Assembly (NCBI GenBank): GCA_963734495.1
Contig: CAVTHK010000005.1
Span: 165,913-229,912 of the forward strand
Reading direction: 5' to 3'
DNA from: an uncultured Spirochaetota bacterium
GTDB taxonomy: Bacteria; Spirochaetota; Spirochaetia; SZUA-6; CAVTHK01
DNA: 64,000 nucleotides
Made by a program: the position numbers and the translations under genes. Of the stretch, positions 1-10,657 are shown one piece after another (position 1 is the first letter of the stretch; each line of letters begins with the position of its first letter). The notes beneath the pieces were generated by a model, which ran no database searches, was not told where the DNA came from, and saw nothing but the letters and a program-made list of their open reading frames with translations.

Positions 1-1739
1 CGGTCGGCGGCGTCCGACTTGAACACGAACAGCCCCTGGCGGAACTCGCTCTTGCTTCCCTCGGAGACGCCGATCATCTCCTCGATCGAACGCATCAGCT
101 TCTCGTCCGGCTCGCCTTCCTCCCGCGTGACCGGGTCCACCATCTTGCGCTTGAGGCAGTAGGCCGTCGCGTTCTTCATGTAGTTGTCGAAGAGGGCCTG
201 GGCCTGGTCCTCGTAGGCGTAGAGGAAGGCGCGGTTGACTTCCTTCTTGGCCCGCTCGCGGTAGTCGGACACGACGCTGCCCTTCTCGTCGAGCAGGAGC
301 GACATGTAGCGCGCGCGCTCCTCGTCCGTGAAGCCGATGTGATGCTCGAACTGGTGCCGCAGGGCGCGCATGACGTCGACGGGGTTGATGCAGGCGCGCT
401 TGTCCGTTGCGGACCCCAGCGCGATGTTCAGCGCGTTCATGATGAAGCGCGGGCTGATCCCGCTCATGCCCTCGCCCTTCTCCTTGCCCTCGATCCAGAG
501 CTTCTTGACGTCGACCGGGTCCTTCTCCTTTTCCAGGATCGCCTCGCCGTTGTAGTACCTCGCCTTCTTGAGCAGGTCCGGCCCCGCGGCCGTCGGCACG
601 AGCCGCGTCAGCACGGCGAACAGGGCCGCCGTCTCCAGCGTGAACGGGGCGATGTGGATGCGGTCCTGGAACTCGCTGTGGCGGATGAGCTTCTTGTAGA
701 TCGCCACCTCGTCCCGGAGCCTCAGGTTGTACGGCACGTAGATCGGGTACATCCGGTCGTGCAGCGCCTCGTTCTCCTTGTTGGCCTTGAACTTGTCGAA
801 CTCCGTCTGGTTGGTGTGGCTCAGGATCACCGTGTCGATGTACATCTGCGGAAAGCCCGGCGCCTTGATCAGCTGCTCCTGCGCGACGGTGATCAGGACG
901 TAGTGGAACTTGATGTCGCACTTGAGGATCTCGATGTACTCGATGAGCCCGCGGTTGGCCACCTGAAGCTCGCCGTCGAACTTGTAGCCCAGGGGATGCC
1001 CCTCGCCGTACCGGGTGATCTTGCCGAGATCGACGTGCCCGATGAGCTCCGAGATGTCCTGGTTCTTCGGGTCCGATGGCTGGAACGTCCCGATGCCGAC
1101 GCGGGACCTCTCGCTCAGGTGGACCTGGGCGACCGGCACATCTTCCCACTTGTAGCTGCCGCTGGCGTTCTTGTACTGCTCGTCGCTGGTGAGCCGGTGC
1201 TTGCACACCGGGCACAGGTCTCCCTCGATCTTGACGCCCAGGAGCTGCTCGAACTGCGGGCGCAGCGAGCGCGGCACCAGGTGGAGGGGCTCCTCGTGGA
1301 TCGGGCAGTCCTTGATCGCGAACAGCGGCGTCTCCGCGAGCTCCAGCCCCCGCCGCAGCAGCGACGCGATGGTGCTCTTGCCCGAAGAGACCGGGCCTAC
1401 CAGGATCAGGATGCGCTTGCCGGTCTCGGTCCTGTTGGCGCCCGCGCGGAAGAAGCGCACCAGGTCGTGCAGCACTTCCTCGATGCCGAAGATTTCGTCG
1501 GCGAAGAAGTTGTACCGCACCAGGTCCTCGTAGTGCGGCAGCTTGACATGCTCCGGGAGCTCCATGACCCCCTTCTGCATGATCATCTCGTAGATGCGCC
1601 CCGGCGCGGTCTGCGCCAGCGGAGGGTTGTCGTGCAGGAGGGCCATGTAGTCCTTCATGGTCCCCTCCCAGCGCGTGTCCCCCTTGCGCCGGGACTCCTG
1701 GATGAGGTCGTCGAGTTCGTTCGAGAACTTCTCGCTCAT
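1..1739 (-). CDS. prkA: PrkA/YeaG-family serine kinase / AAA+ ATPase (3' end runs off the window)
   Basis: Read manually on the minus strand (absent from the ORF track because no stop falls in the window): MSEKFSNELDDLIQESRRKGDTRWEGTMKDY..., Walker A KRILILVGPVSSGKST, CPIHEEPLHLVP, GELQVANRGLIEYIE. RBS AAGGAAGGAG precedes the ATG. Confidence 0.9.
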   Translation of the reverse strand, partial: MSEKFSNELDDLIQESRRKGDTRWEGTMKDYMALLHDNPPLAQTAPGRIYEMIMQKGVMELPEHVKLPHYEDLVRYNFFADEIFGIEEVLHDLVRFFRAGANRTETGKRILILVGPVSSGKSTIASLLRRGLELAETPLFAIKDCPIHEEPLHLVPRSLRPQFEQLLGVKIEGDLCPVCKHRLTSDEQYKNASGSYKWEDVPVAQVHLSERSRVGIGTFQPSDPKNQDISELIGHVDLGKITRYGEGHPLGYKFDGELQVANRGLIEYIEILKCDIKFHYVLITVAQEQLIKAPGFPQMYIDTVILSHTNQTEFDKFKANKENEALHDRMYPIYVPYNLRLRDEVAIYKKLIRHSEFQDRIHIAPFTLETAALFAVLTRLVPTAAGPDLLKKARYYNGEAILEKEKDPVDVKKLWIEGKEKGEGMSGISPRFIMNALNIALGSATDKRACINPVDVMRALRHQFEHHIGFTDEERARYMSLLLDEKGSVVSDYRERAKKEVNRAFLYAYEDQAQALFDNYMKNATAYCLKRKMVDPVTREEGEPDEKLMRSIEEMIGVSEGSKSEFRQGLFVFKSDAAD

Positions 1740-2098
1740 GCTCCTTCCTTTCCGGGGCCCCCGAACGATCGGTGGAGGCCGGGCGAGCGCAACGCGACGA
1801 CCCGGCCGGTCGCCGGTCAGTATCGGTCAGGATTCTGTTGAGCTTGTCGCGGTCGCCTGCGACGCGGCGCCGCCCGCCTGCGCCCGCACGTTTGGTTGAT
1901 ATGACGGCATGATAGCTCATGCCGATCCCAATATACACATACCGGCTGCCCCGGGGGCACTCGGCTGCGAGGCGTCCGCGGCCCTGCGGCGAGAGCCGAG
2001 GGCCGGGCGGGGGAGGGGGGTCGGAACGGGCCGGTTCGCCGCCGCAGTCCGGGCGTTCGTGAGACCGCGGACCGACGACAGGGGAGGCCCGGGCGGGC

Positions 2099-3349
2099 CT
2101 ACGCCTTCGTGACCTCGATCGCCGTCATCGCTTCGCGCGCAAGCCGGCTCGCGGCCACCGCGTGGCCCCCGCACCAGACCGTGATCTCCTCGCGCGTGTT
2201 GTACCCGCGGCCCGCGTGGAGCTTCGCCTTCATCAAGTGCTCGTAGGCCTCGTCGATCAGGGCGCGCGACCTCCGAACGTTCCCGCCCAGCTTCTCCGCG
2301 AGGAGCACGATGCTCTCGGCGTTGTGGATGTCCTCGGTGGCGCGGTCGCACTGGATGTTCAGCGGAAGCGCCTGCTCATAGTTGCCTTCGTGCCAGGTGT
2401 TCCAGCCCTTCCCCGGGCTGAACAGCGAGACGCTCGGGCGGATGTAGCAGGACGAGCGGGCGGGGAAATTCTTCAGATATTCGCTCACCGTGACGAACTC
2501 GATGTACGGGATGCCCTCCATGATCTCCATGACGGCCTCGTAGCGCGCTTCCATCTCCTCGCGGGTGAGCCCCGTCCGGCCCGTGAAGGGGCTGCGCCAG
2601 AACATCTCCGAGTCGCCAAAGAACAGCGCCATCATGTCGCCGTCGCGGTTGAGGTGCTGGATCTTCTCGATGTCGCCCTTGAATCGGTCAACCGGCCTCT
2701 CGCCGTGGATCGTTTTGAGGAACGCGACCGGGGAGAGGTCGTCGGGGATCCCGTCCGCCCCCTTCTCGAACGAGACGAAGGCGCACTCGATCTCGGCGTC
2801 CTCGATCGTCCTCACGCGGGCCGCGCGCCAGATGTCCTGAATCTCGGTGATGGCGGGATACGACAGGCGGTAGCGCTGGTAGTTGGTGAGCAGCTGCCAC
2901 TTGACCCCGAGGTCCACGAGCATCTTCCCGGTGACCGGGTCCCACGGAAACTCGGCGTGGTGCGCCCCCACCGGGCGTTGGCCCCAGATCTCCTCGTTGA
3001 TGTCGAGGCTCTTCCTGATCTGCATCACCGCCTCGTCGTACGGGACCATCGAGGCGATCGCGTGGAAGTAGGGCCGGTTCGTGATCTCGTACTGCCCGCG
3101 GCTCACTCCGGCCCTGATCATGTCGGCGACGTCGCGGTGGTTCTCCTGGATGTGGCGCGAGACCCATCCCCCGATGCTCAGGTTCGACCTGACCCGCGGG
3201 TGCTTCTCGAACAGCTCGAGCATGCGCTTCGTCGAGTTCTCGACCGTCATCAGCCACTCGTCGGGGCTGTTGGCGCTCCCCGTCATGTAGATCACCCAGT
3301 TGAAGGCAACGTGCAGCCTGGGCTGCCGCGCGACCGATTTCTCCGCCAT
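2099..3349 (-). CDS. Glycoside hydrolase family 57-like / NodB-barrel protein
   Basis: GQYEITNRPYFHAIASMVP, GAHHAEFPW (nucleophile-like Glu) and FFGDSEMF (acid/base-like Asp) resemble GH57 conserved regions. Start placed at MAEKSV after GGGAGGG. Confidence 0.65.
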   Translation of the reverse strand: MAEKSVARQPRLHVAFNWVIYMTGSANSPDEWLMTVENSTKRMLELFEKHPRVRSNLSIGGWVSRHIQENHRDVADMIRAGVSRGQYEITNRPYFHAIASMVPYDEAVMQIRKSLDINEEIWGQRPVGAHHAEFPWDPVTGKMLVDLGVKWQLLTNYQRYRLSYPAITEIQDIWRAARVRTIEDAEIECAFVSFEKGADGIPDDLSPVAFLKTIHGERPVDRFKGDIEKIQHLNRDGDMMALFFGDSEMFWRSPFTGRTGLTREEMEARYEAVMEIMEGIPYIEFVTVSEYLKNFPARSSCYIRPSVSLFSPGKGWNTWHEGNYEQALPLNIQCDRATEDIHNAESIVLLAEKLGGNVRRSRALIDEAYEHLMKAKLHAGRGYNTREEITVWCGGHAVAASRLAREAMTAIEVTKA

Positions 3350-3557
3350 GGCCCGTCCCTCCCTCGCCGCGGATTCCGGATGCGTCCTGTCGCGTCGGAG
3401 ACGCGCCACGGCGATCCTGGCTCCATAGGGACGGGTCCGGCGCGCGTTGTCAACCGGCGCCGGACCAGCCTCGCGTCGCCGTCCTCCGCGCGGGGCGGCA
3501 GTTGTGGCGCCCGTTGCGGAATCCGCGGTATTCTCCGGGTGCCGGGAGGATGACAGG

Positions 3558-6097
3558 TTGAAGGATGCCGCGCCGCAAGGCCCGCCCGCGACCGGACCCG
3601 GCTCCGCCTGGCGCGAGAGCCTCCTGCGTCAGGCCCTGCCCGTCGTGCCGTGGCTCGAGCGCATCGAGGCGGCGCTCGACAGCGACGGCGCCCTGGTGCT
3701 CCAGGCGGAGCCGGGCGCCGGCAAGACCACCATCGTACCGCCCGCGCTCCTCGGCGCGCGCTTTCTCGAGGGCAGGCGCATCGTCATGCTCGAGCCGCGG
3801 CGAATCGCGGCGGCGGCCGCCGCCGCGCGCATGGCGGAGCTGCTCGGCGAGCGGGTCGGCGAAACGGCCGGATACGCGGTGCGGCACGAGCGGCGCGCGA
3901 GCCGCGCAACGCGCATCGAGGTCGTCACCGAAGGCCTCCTCGACCGCCGTCTTCTCGACGACCCCGGCCCTCTCGGGCGTCGGCCTCGTGATCCTGGACG
4001 AGTTCCACGAGCGCTCCGTGCACGCCGACCTGGCGCTCGCGCTGCTGCTCGACGTGCGCGAGCTGCGGCCCGGATCTCCGGATCCTGGTGATGTCCGCCA
4101 CGCTCGACGCGCGGCGCATCGCCGGGTTCGTCGGCTGCCCGAGCCTCGCCGTCCCGGGGCGCGTCGCACCCGGTGGAGACCCGCCACGAGGCGCGCGCGG
4201 CGGCCTGCTGTCGGGTCCGCGCCGCGGGCTTCGACGCAGCCGCGGTGGCGCGCGCCTCGCTCGCGGCGCTCGAGGAGACCGGCGGCGACGTGCTCGTGTT
4301 CCTCGCTGGCGCGCGGGAGATCCGCCGCGTGCAGGCCCATCTCGAGCGCGGCGCGCCAGGCGCGGAGATCGCGCGCCTGCACGGGATGATGCCGCTTGCG
4401 GAGCAGCGCGCCGTGACGCGCCCCCGCGAAGGCGGGCCGCCGCGCATCGTGCTCGCGACGAACGTCGCCGAGACGAGCCTTACCGTGCCGGGCGTCCGTG
4501 CGGTGGTCGACTCCGGCTGGGCGCGCATCGCGCGCTTCCACCCCCGAAGCGGCATGAACAGGCTCATCACGGAGCGGGTGAGCGCCGCGGCCGCGGACCA
4601 GAGGCGCGGCCGGGCCGGCCGCCTCGGGCCCGGGCTCTGCATCCGGTGCTGGGACCCGAGGGAGCCGCTTGCACCCGAGACGCCGCCGGAGATCATGCGC
4701 TCGGAGCTCTCGGCGACCGTGCTCGCGGCGTCGCTCTGGGGCGCCCGCGAGCGCTCGCAGCTGCGCTTCCTCGATCCGCCGCCGACGCCCCTGTGGGAGG
4801 CGGCGCGGGACATCCTCCGCGGCCTCGGCGCGATCGACCCGGGCGGCGCCCCCACCCGCCGTGGAGCTGCCCTCGCGCGCATCGGCCTCGAGCCGCGGCT
4901 GGGGGCGCTGGTGGAGCGGGGCCGCGAGTCGGGCCGCTTCGAGCTCGCCTGCGCGTGCGCGGCGCTTCTCGCGGCGCGCGACGAGCGGGGGGCCGTCGAA
5001 GACGCCGATTTCAGGCTGCGCCTGAGCGGGCTGCGCGACGCGCTCGCCGCGGGCTCGGGGGAGCCGGGCGCCCGCCGGGGCGCCTACGCGCGCGCCGTAC
5101 GCGAATACGCCCACCTGGTCGGGGGCGCGCCGGATTCCTGGGGCGACGACGACTGCGGCCCCCTCCTGCTGGCCGCGTTTCCCGATCGCCTCGCGCAGCG
5201 CGTGGAGAGAGGCCTCTTCCGCCTGCCTTCGGGGAGGGCCGCGCGCCTGCAGGGCACGCTCGCCGACGAACCGCTCGTCGTCGCCGCGGAGGCGGACGCG
5301 GGCGAAGCGTCCGGGACCATCTACTTAGCCGCCCCCGTCTCCCGGCAAGCCGTCGAGACCTCGCTCGGCCACCTCATCGAGGAAGACGAGGACATTTCCT
5401 GGGAAGGCTGGACCCCCCGCGCCCGCGGCGTGCGCAGGGTCGGCCGCGTCGTGCTGCGCGAGCGCGTGCTCGCGCGGCCCGACCGCGCGGTTGTCGAGCG
5501 CGCGACGGTCCGGCGCCTGCGCGAGCAGGGCCTGCGGGTCCTGCCGTGGTCGGAGCGCTGCCTGCAGCTGCTGGAGCGTCTGCGTCACGCGGAGCGCAGC
5601 AAAAGGGTCGCGGGCCTCCCCGGCTGGTCCGAAGAGGAGCTGGCCGCCGGCGTCGAGCAGTGGCTCGTGCCGTTCCTGCGCCACGGCGGCGGGCCGCTGC
5701 TCGATGAGGGCGCGGTGGAGCGTGCCCTCCGCGCGCGCATCCCGGGGCCCGCCGCGGCCGCGCTCGCCCGCGAGGCGCCGGACGGGCTCGTCCTGCCGTC
5801 CGGCTCCCGGCGCGCCATCCGCTACGGCGAGGGCGACCCGCACGTCGACGCCCGCATCCAGGAGCTCTTCGGCATGGCGGCCTCGCCGGTCGTCTGCGGC
5901 GCTCCCCTGGTCTTCCGGCTGCTGTCGCCCGCAGGGCGGCCGCTTCAGATCACGAGCGACCTGGCGAGCTTCTGGCGCTCCGCCTACCCCGCGCTGCGCG
6001 GGTCCATGCGGGCCCGCTACCCGAAGCACGCGTGGCCGGAGGACCCGCTTGCCGCGCGGCCTGTCTCCGGCCCGCGCCGGCGCCGCGCGCCGGTTAG
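3558..6097 (+). CDS. hrpB: ATP-dependent helicase HrpB (several frameshifts; ends approximate)
   Basis: Motifs lie in successive frames: AEPGAGKTT, EPRRIAA, DEFHERS, MSATLD, ATNVAETSLTVPGV, QRRGRAGR, and C-terminal LLSPAGRPLQITSDL...RYPKHAWP. Confidence 0.9.
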
Positions 6098-6171
6098 CCG
6101 GCCGGTTGGCCGGGGTTGGCCGCGGTTAACCGGGGCGGCCGTCTGGACCGAAGAGAGACACCTGTGGAATA

Positions 6172-7497
6172 ATGCCCGGCGCTTTTCTCCGCGCCGGCGA
6201 GGAGGCTGCCGCACTGAGCACGCACGAATCAAATCGCGAGACCATGCGGCGCGACGGGGAGGGCGCGACGCTCGGTTCGCTGGTGCTCCCCGTATACATG
6301 CCCGCCATGCTCCTCTCGACCGGAAGCGCGGCCATGACCACGTTCCTGCCGCTGTTCCTGCAGGAGCTGGGCGCGAGCGTGGGCCTCGCCGCCGTCGTGA
6401 TCGGGATCGGCAGCGCGGGGGTCCTGGTGTTCGACCTGCCCAGCGGCTTCGTCACGGCGCGCTACGGCGAACGCCTGACCCTCGCCGTGAGCGGCATCGT
6501 GATGGTCCTGGGCGCGCTCCTCACCGCCGCGAGCCGCAGCCTGGTGGTCGCGGGCCTCGGCATCTTTCTCGCGTACGCCTCCGCCAGCTTCTGGTTCCTG
6601 GGCCGGCTGTCGTTCCTCAGGAACGCGCTGCGGGTGGACCAGCGCGGCCGTGGCCTGGCGACCGCGGGAGGCGTCATGCGGGTCGGCCAGCTCGCCGGAC
6701 CGGTCGCGGGAGGCTACCTGGCGCAGGCGGCCGGGTTCCGCTGGGTCTTCTACGCCACCGCGGCGCTGGCCTTCGCCTCGCTGCTCTTCTTCATCCTCTT
6801 CGAGCGCGGCGTCGCCCAGGCGCACGCTTCCGCGAGGCCGGCCGGCGCGCCTCGCGGCTTCGCCCGCTCGTTCCTGGACGTGGCGGCGTCGCTCAGGGTG
6901 TTCCGCGCGAAAAGGCGCATCTTCATGACCGCGGGCGTGTCCATGGTGATCCTCAGCCTGGTCCGCGCGGGCCGGGGGCTCATCTTCCCCCTGTGGGGAC
7001 AGCAGATCGGGCTCGACACCCCGGCCATCGGGCTGGCCGTCGGCCTCTCGTCCGCGATCGACACCGCGCTGTTCTACCCCGCCGGAGCGCTGAGCGACCG
7101 CCTGGGCAGACGCTGGTCCGCGGTGAGCTGCCTGATCGTGCTCTCGGTGAGCCTCGCCTTCGTGCCGCTCACGCACGACTTCACCTGGTTCCTCATCGTG
7201 GGGCTCGCCGTCGGCTTCGGCAACGGGCTCGGCAGCGGAATCAACATGACCCTCGCCGCCGACTTCGCCAGCGGGACGGAGCCCGAGATCTTTATCGGAC
7301 TCTGGCGCCTCGTCACCGACATCGGCACCGCCGGCGCGCCGCTGCTGATCGGGGCGATCGCGGGGACCCTGGCGATGGGACCCGCGGTCCTCGTGATCGC
7401 GGCGCTCGGCCTGGGCGGGGCCTGGTTTCACGCGCGCAGCGTGCAGGAGACGCTGCTGCGCAGGCCCCGCGCGAGCGGTTCACAAGGCACCTCGTGA
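6172..7497 (+). CDS. MFS transporter
   Basis: About 12 hydrophobic segments and MFS motif A (GALSDRLGRR). The start could instead be 6244. Confidence 0.85.
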   Translation: MPGAFLRAGEEAAALSTHESNRETMRRDGEGATLGSLVLPVYMPAMLLSTGSAAMTTFLPLFLQELGASVGLAAVVIGIGSAGVLVFDLPSGFVTARYGERLTLAVSGIVMVLGALLTAASRSLVVAGLGIFLAYASASFWFLGRLSFLRNALRVDQRGRGLATAGGVMRVGQLAGPVAGGYLAQAAGFRWVFYATAALAFASLLFFILFERGVAQAHASARPAGAPRGFARSFLDVAASLRVFRAKRRIFMTAGVSMVILSLVRAGRGLIFPLWGQQIGLDTPAIGLAVGLSSAIDTALFYPAGALSDRLGRRWSAVSCLIVLSVSLAFVPLTHDFTWFLIVGLAVGFGNGLGSGINMTLAADFASGTEPEIFIGLWRLVTDIGTAGAPLLIGAIAGTLAMGPAVLVIAALGLGGAWFHARSVQETLLRRPRASGSQGTS

Positions 7498-7627
7498 CCT
7501 CGACCTCGGCGTCCTTGAGCGTCTTGCGTCCGGCTTTCCCGTGGCATAGACTCTGTCGATCCAACAAAGTGGGCACGACAGGGCGCGGGTCGCTGTTCGA
7601 CGTCCCACCGGATCGGGGGAGGGCGCG

Positions 7628-8641
7628 ATGAGCACGACCAGGACAGGTTCCCGCGGCGCGGCAATGTGCCTCGCGCTCGCGCTGCTCGCAATCCTCTGCG
7701 CCCCCCCGTCGCCCGCGCAGACCATCAAGATCGGCAGCCTCGCGCCGGCCGGCTCCCCCTGGGACGACATGCTCAAGAAGATCGCCGCCGACTGGGCGCG
7801 CGCGTCGAACGGGAGAGTCCGCCTCGCGATCTATCCCGGCGGGATCGTCGGCGACGAGCCCGACATGATCCGCAAGATGCGCATCGGCCAGCTCCAGGGC
7901 GCCGCCATGACCGCGGTCGGGATCGGGCGCATCCACAAGGCGGTGCTGAGCGTGGGCTTCCCGATGCTGGTCCGCTCCGACCGGGAGCTGAACCTGCTGC
8001 TCGAGCGCATGAGCCCCGACTTCGAGGCGGGCCTCGAGGACAAGGGGTACCAGCTCGTGGCGTGGTCGACGTCCGGCTGGATCTACTTCTACTCGCGCAG
8101 GCCCATCGTCCGGCCCGACGACCTGCGCGCCCAGAAGCTCTGGATGTGGGAAGGCGACCCCGACGAGCTCGCCACCTGGACCTCCCTCGGCTTCCATGTG
8201 GTCCCGCTCAAGGCCACCGACGTGATGGTCGCCCTGCAGGGCGGCATGATCGACGCCTGCTGCGTCAGCCCGATCGCCGCAGCCGTGTACCAGTGGTTCG
8301 CCATCGCGCCGAACATGCTGGACCTCAAGTGGATCCCGCTCTACGGCGGGCTGGTCATCACGAAGGCGATCTGGGACCGGATCCCGGCCGATCTCAGGCC
8401 TGTGCTCCTCGAGTCGGCGCGCTCGACGGCCCGCGAGATGAACGCCGCCAACCTCGAAGGGGACCGCCGCGCCATGGACCTCATGAACGCGCACGGCCTC
8501 ACCGTCACGGTGCCCTCGGAGGCGGACCGCGCCCTCTGGGAGGAGGTAGCGCGGAACGCGGCCGGCAGGCTGGTCGGCCGGATGTTCGACAAGGGTTCGT
8601 ACGAGAAGGCGGTGCTCGAGCTCCAGGCGATCCGCCGGTAG
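7628..8641 (+). CDS. dctP: TRAP transporter substrate-binding protein (DctP, TatP-like)
   Basis: Signal peptide, then IKIGSLAPAGSPW, YPGGIVGDEPDMIRKMRIGQLQG and ALQGGMIDA. Confidence 0.88.
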   Translation: MSTTRTGSRGAAMCLALALLAILCAPPSPAQTIKIGSLAPAGSPWDDMLKKIAADWARASNGRVRLAIYPGGIVGDEPDMIRKMRIGQLQGAAMTAVGIGRIHKAVLSVGFPMLVRSDRELNLLLERMSPDFEAGLEDKGYQLVAWSTSGWIYFYSRRPIVRPDDLRAQKLWMWEGDPDELATWTSLGFHVVPLKATDVMVALQGGMIDACCVSPIAAAVYQWFAIAPNMLDLKWIPLYGGLVITKAIWDRIPADLRPVLLESARSTAREMNAANLEGDRRAMDLMNAHGLTVTVPSEADRALWEEVARNAAGRLVGRMFDKGSYEKAVLELQAIRR

Positions 8642-8678
8642 GCCGGCCGCGGTCCGCCGCGCGCCCATGGGAGGCCTC

Positions 8679-9846
8679 ATGACACGACTGCGCGTCGTCC
8701 TCGCGGCGTACGTCGCCGCGCTCCTGCTCACGGACGTCGCTTTCTCCATCCGGCTCGCCGCCCCCGCCGGGATCCGCATGCACGATCCGGTGAGCGGCCT
8801 CCCCTACCCGCGGCTCGTGACGGTCGAAGGGGATGCCTGGTCGCGCGGCGGCGTCGACCGGCTCGAGGTCGTCGCCTCGAACGACGGCGGCCTCACGGCC
8901 GCGGCGGCCGCGACCCGTGCGGCCGTCCGCTACCGGGGCGCCGCGATCCGGCCCCTGGCCGCCTGGTCCGCGCTCCTCGAGCTGCCGGCCGACGGGGCGT
9001 GGAGCATCGAGGCCCGCGCGACGCTGGCGGACGGGCGCGCCCTGGAGACCGGGCCGCGCCGCATTCGGGTCTCCGCCTCGACGCCGAGCCACGCGTTCGT
9101 GCACTTCAGCGCGCAGCACCTGGGCGGCGCTGGCGCTCGTCGCCGCCGCCTGCATCGCCGTCGGGCTGCGCTTCCGCGCCCCCCGCGGGAGCGCGGAGAC
9201 CACGGCCGTCGCGGTCGCCATCGCGGCGGTGTTGTGGATCAACGAATACGCGTATCACTGGTACTGGTTCGCCGTCGGGGCGTTCACGATCACCAACTGC
9301 CTCATGCTGCACATGTGCGGCCTTGCCATCCTTCTCATTCCTTTCCTCTTCACCATGGACCCGGGACGCGGACGGCAGGTGCTCTTCGAGCTTCTCTACT
9401 TCTGGGGCCTCGGGGGCGCGGTCCAGGCCCTTCTCGCTCCCGACATAGGCCAGCACGGCTTCCCCGAGTTCAAGGCGTTCGCGTTCTTCGTCTCGCACGG
9501 GCTCATCTGCTCGGCCGCGGTCTACATGATCGCGGCGAAAAAGATGACCCTGACGCTCGCCTCGCTCCTCCGAGGCCTGCTTCTGACCAACGCCGCCGTG
9601 CTGATCGTCTATCTCGCCGACCTCGCGATCGCCGCCCTGCCGCCCTACGACGTGGCGAACTACTTCATGCTCGGCTACCCTCCCCCGACCGGCTCGATCG
9701 TCGACCAGCTGTCCGACTTCTTCGGGCCTTCCCCCCGGTACATCGTCGGGCTGGAGGGGATCGCAATCGTGGTGTTCTCGCTGATCTACCTGCCGTTCCC
9801 CCTCGCGCGGGCGTTCAGGCGGGGGGCAGCCGCGGCCCGCGCCTGA
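8679..9846 (+). CDS. YwaF/TP0381 (TMEM164-like) integral membrane protein with an N-terminal extracytoplasmic beta domain (frameshift near 9125)
   Basis: FVHFSAQHL in one frame continues as AALALV...LMLHMCGL, YFWGLGGAVQALLAPD, FFVSHG and ANYFML in the next frame. Confidence 0.72.
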
Positions 9847-9950
9847 GGGGCTGCGGGGGGCACGGAAGGGCGCCTGCCGGGCGCCGCCTCGGGGCGGTCA
9901 GGCGCCTCCCGGCGGCGGCCCCGCGGGGGGGACAATCCCCGCGGGGGGTG

Positions 9951-9980
9951 TTGACATTCGCCTAGAAATCTGCGTATGCT
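9951..9980 (+). promoter_or_regulatory. Sigma70-type promoter of the RRM gene
   Basis: TTGACA (9951-9956), 18-nt spacer, TATGCT (9975-9980), followed by an approximately 180-nt leader. Confidence 0.7.
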
Positions 9981-10168
9981 CCCTCAGCATTTTGGTGCGT
10001 CGGCTTATCGGGGCCGAATACTAACGTCGGAAAGAACCGCTGTCACTCTTTACTTGGCGCCCACCGAAGGAATCACCGATCAGACCGCAGCAGCCGGGAC
10101 CCGCGTTCTGCTCCTTGGTCGAAGTGTGTCAATAACGCAGTGATGAAGGACTCCATGAGGAGGAGAAC

Positions 10169-10477
10169 ATGAACAAGAAACTGTACGTCGGTGGTCTGTC
10201 CTTTTCGGTGACGGACGATCAGCTGCGCGAGCTCTTCACGGCCCACGGGACCGTGGAGTCCGCGACTGTCATCAAGGACAAGTTCACCGACCAGTCGCGG
10301 GGCTTCGGCTTCGTCGAGATGGGCACCCAGCAGGAAGCCGAGAACGCCATTGCGGCGCTCAACGGCACCCAGCACCAGGGCCGGACGATCACCGTCAACA
10401 TGAGCAAGCCGCGCGAAGAGCGTTCGGGCGGCGGCGGCGGCGGTCGCAGAAGCGGCGGCGGCGGGAATCGCTGGTAG
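10169..10477 (+). CDS. RRM RNA-binding protein with glycine-rich tail (Rbp-type)
   Basis: RNP2 LYVGGL, RNP1 RGFGFVEM, GGGGGRRSGGGG tail, strong RBS GAGGAGGAG. Confidence 0.95.
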   Translation: MNKKLYVGGLSFSVTDDQLRELFTAHGTVESATVIKDKFTDQSRGFGFVEMGTQQEAENAIAALNGTQHQGRTITVNMSKPREERSGGGGGGRRSGGGGNRW

Positions 10478-10484
10478 GACGCTT

Positions 10485-10556
10485 CGGGCTGCCGCTCTCG
10501 CAGGGCAGGCAGCCCGGGCGTGAGGGTTCCCCCCCCGGCGGGACCCTCCCCTTTCC
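10485..10556 (+). terminator. Tandem hairpins / probable terminator between convergent genes
   Basis: CGGGCTGCC...GGCAGCCCG and GAGGGTTCC...GGGACCCTC stems followed by a pyrimidine tract. Confidence 0.5.
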
Positions 10557-10657
10557 TTGTCTCGAGCGCGCTTCCGGCCGCGATCGCGGCCGGAGGCGCC
10601 TTCATTTCTTCCCTTTTCCACCCGGAAGCAGAGGGCGCGCGTGAGCGCGGGCCGCGG

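Noticed and set aside
339-1841. 500-aa plus-strand ORF
   Set aside because: Antisense shadow of prkA; the minus strand carries the recognisable motifs.
7542-7560. Sigma54-like TGGCAT upstream of dctP
   Set aside because: The required GC at -12 is missing (GG-N10-GT).
4173-7631. 1152-aa ORF suggesting HrpB with a long C-terminal extension
   Set aside because: HrpB similarity ends near 6060. The rest is Arg-rich off-frame read-through over the MFS gene, probably caused by an indel before the true stop.
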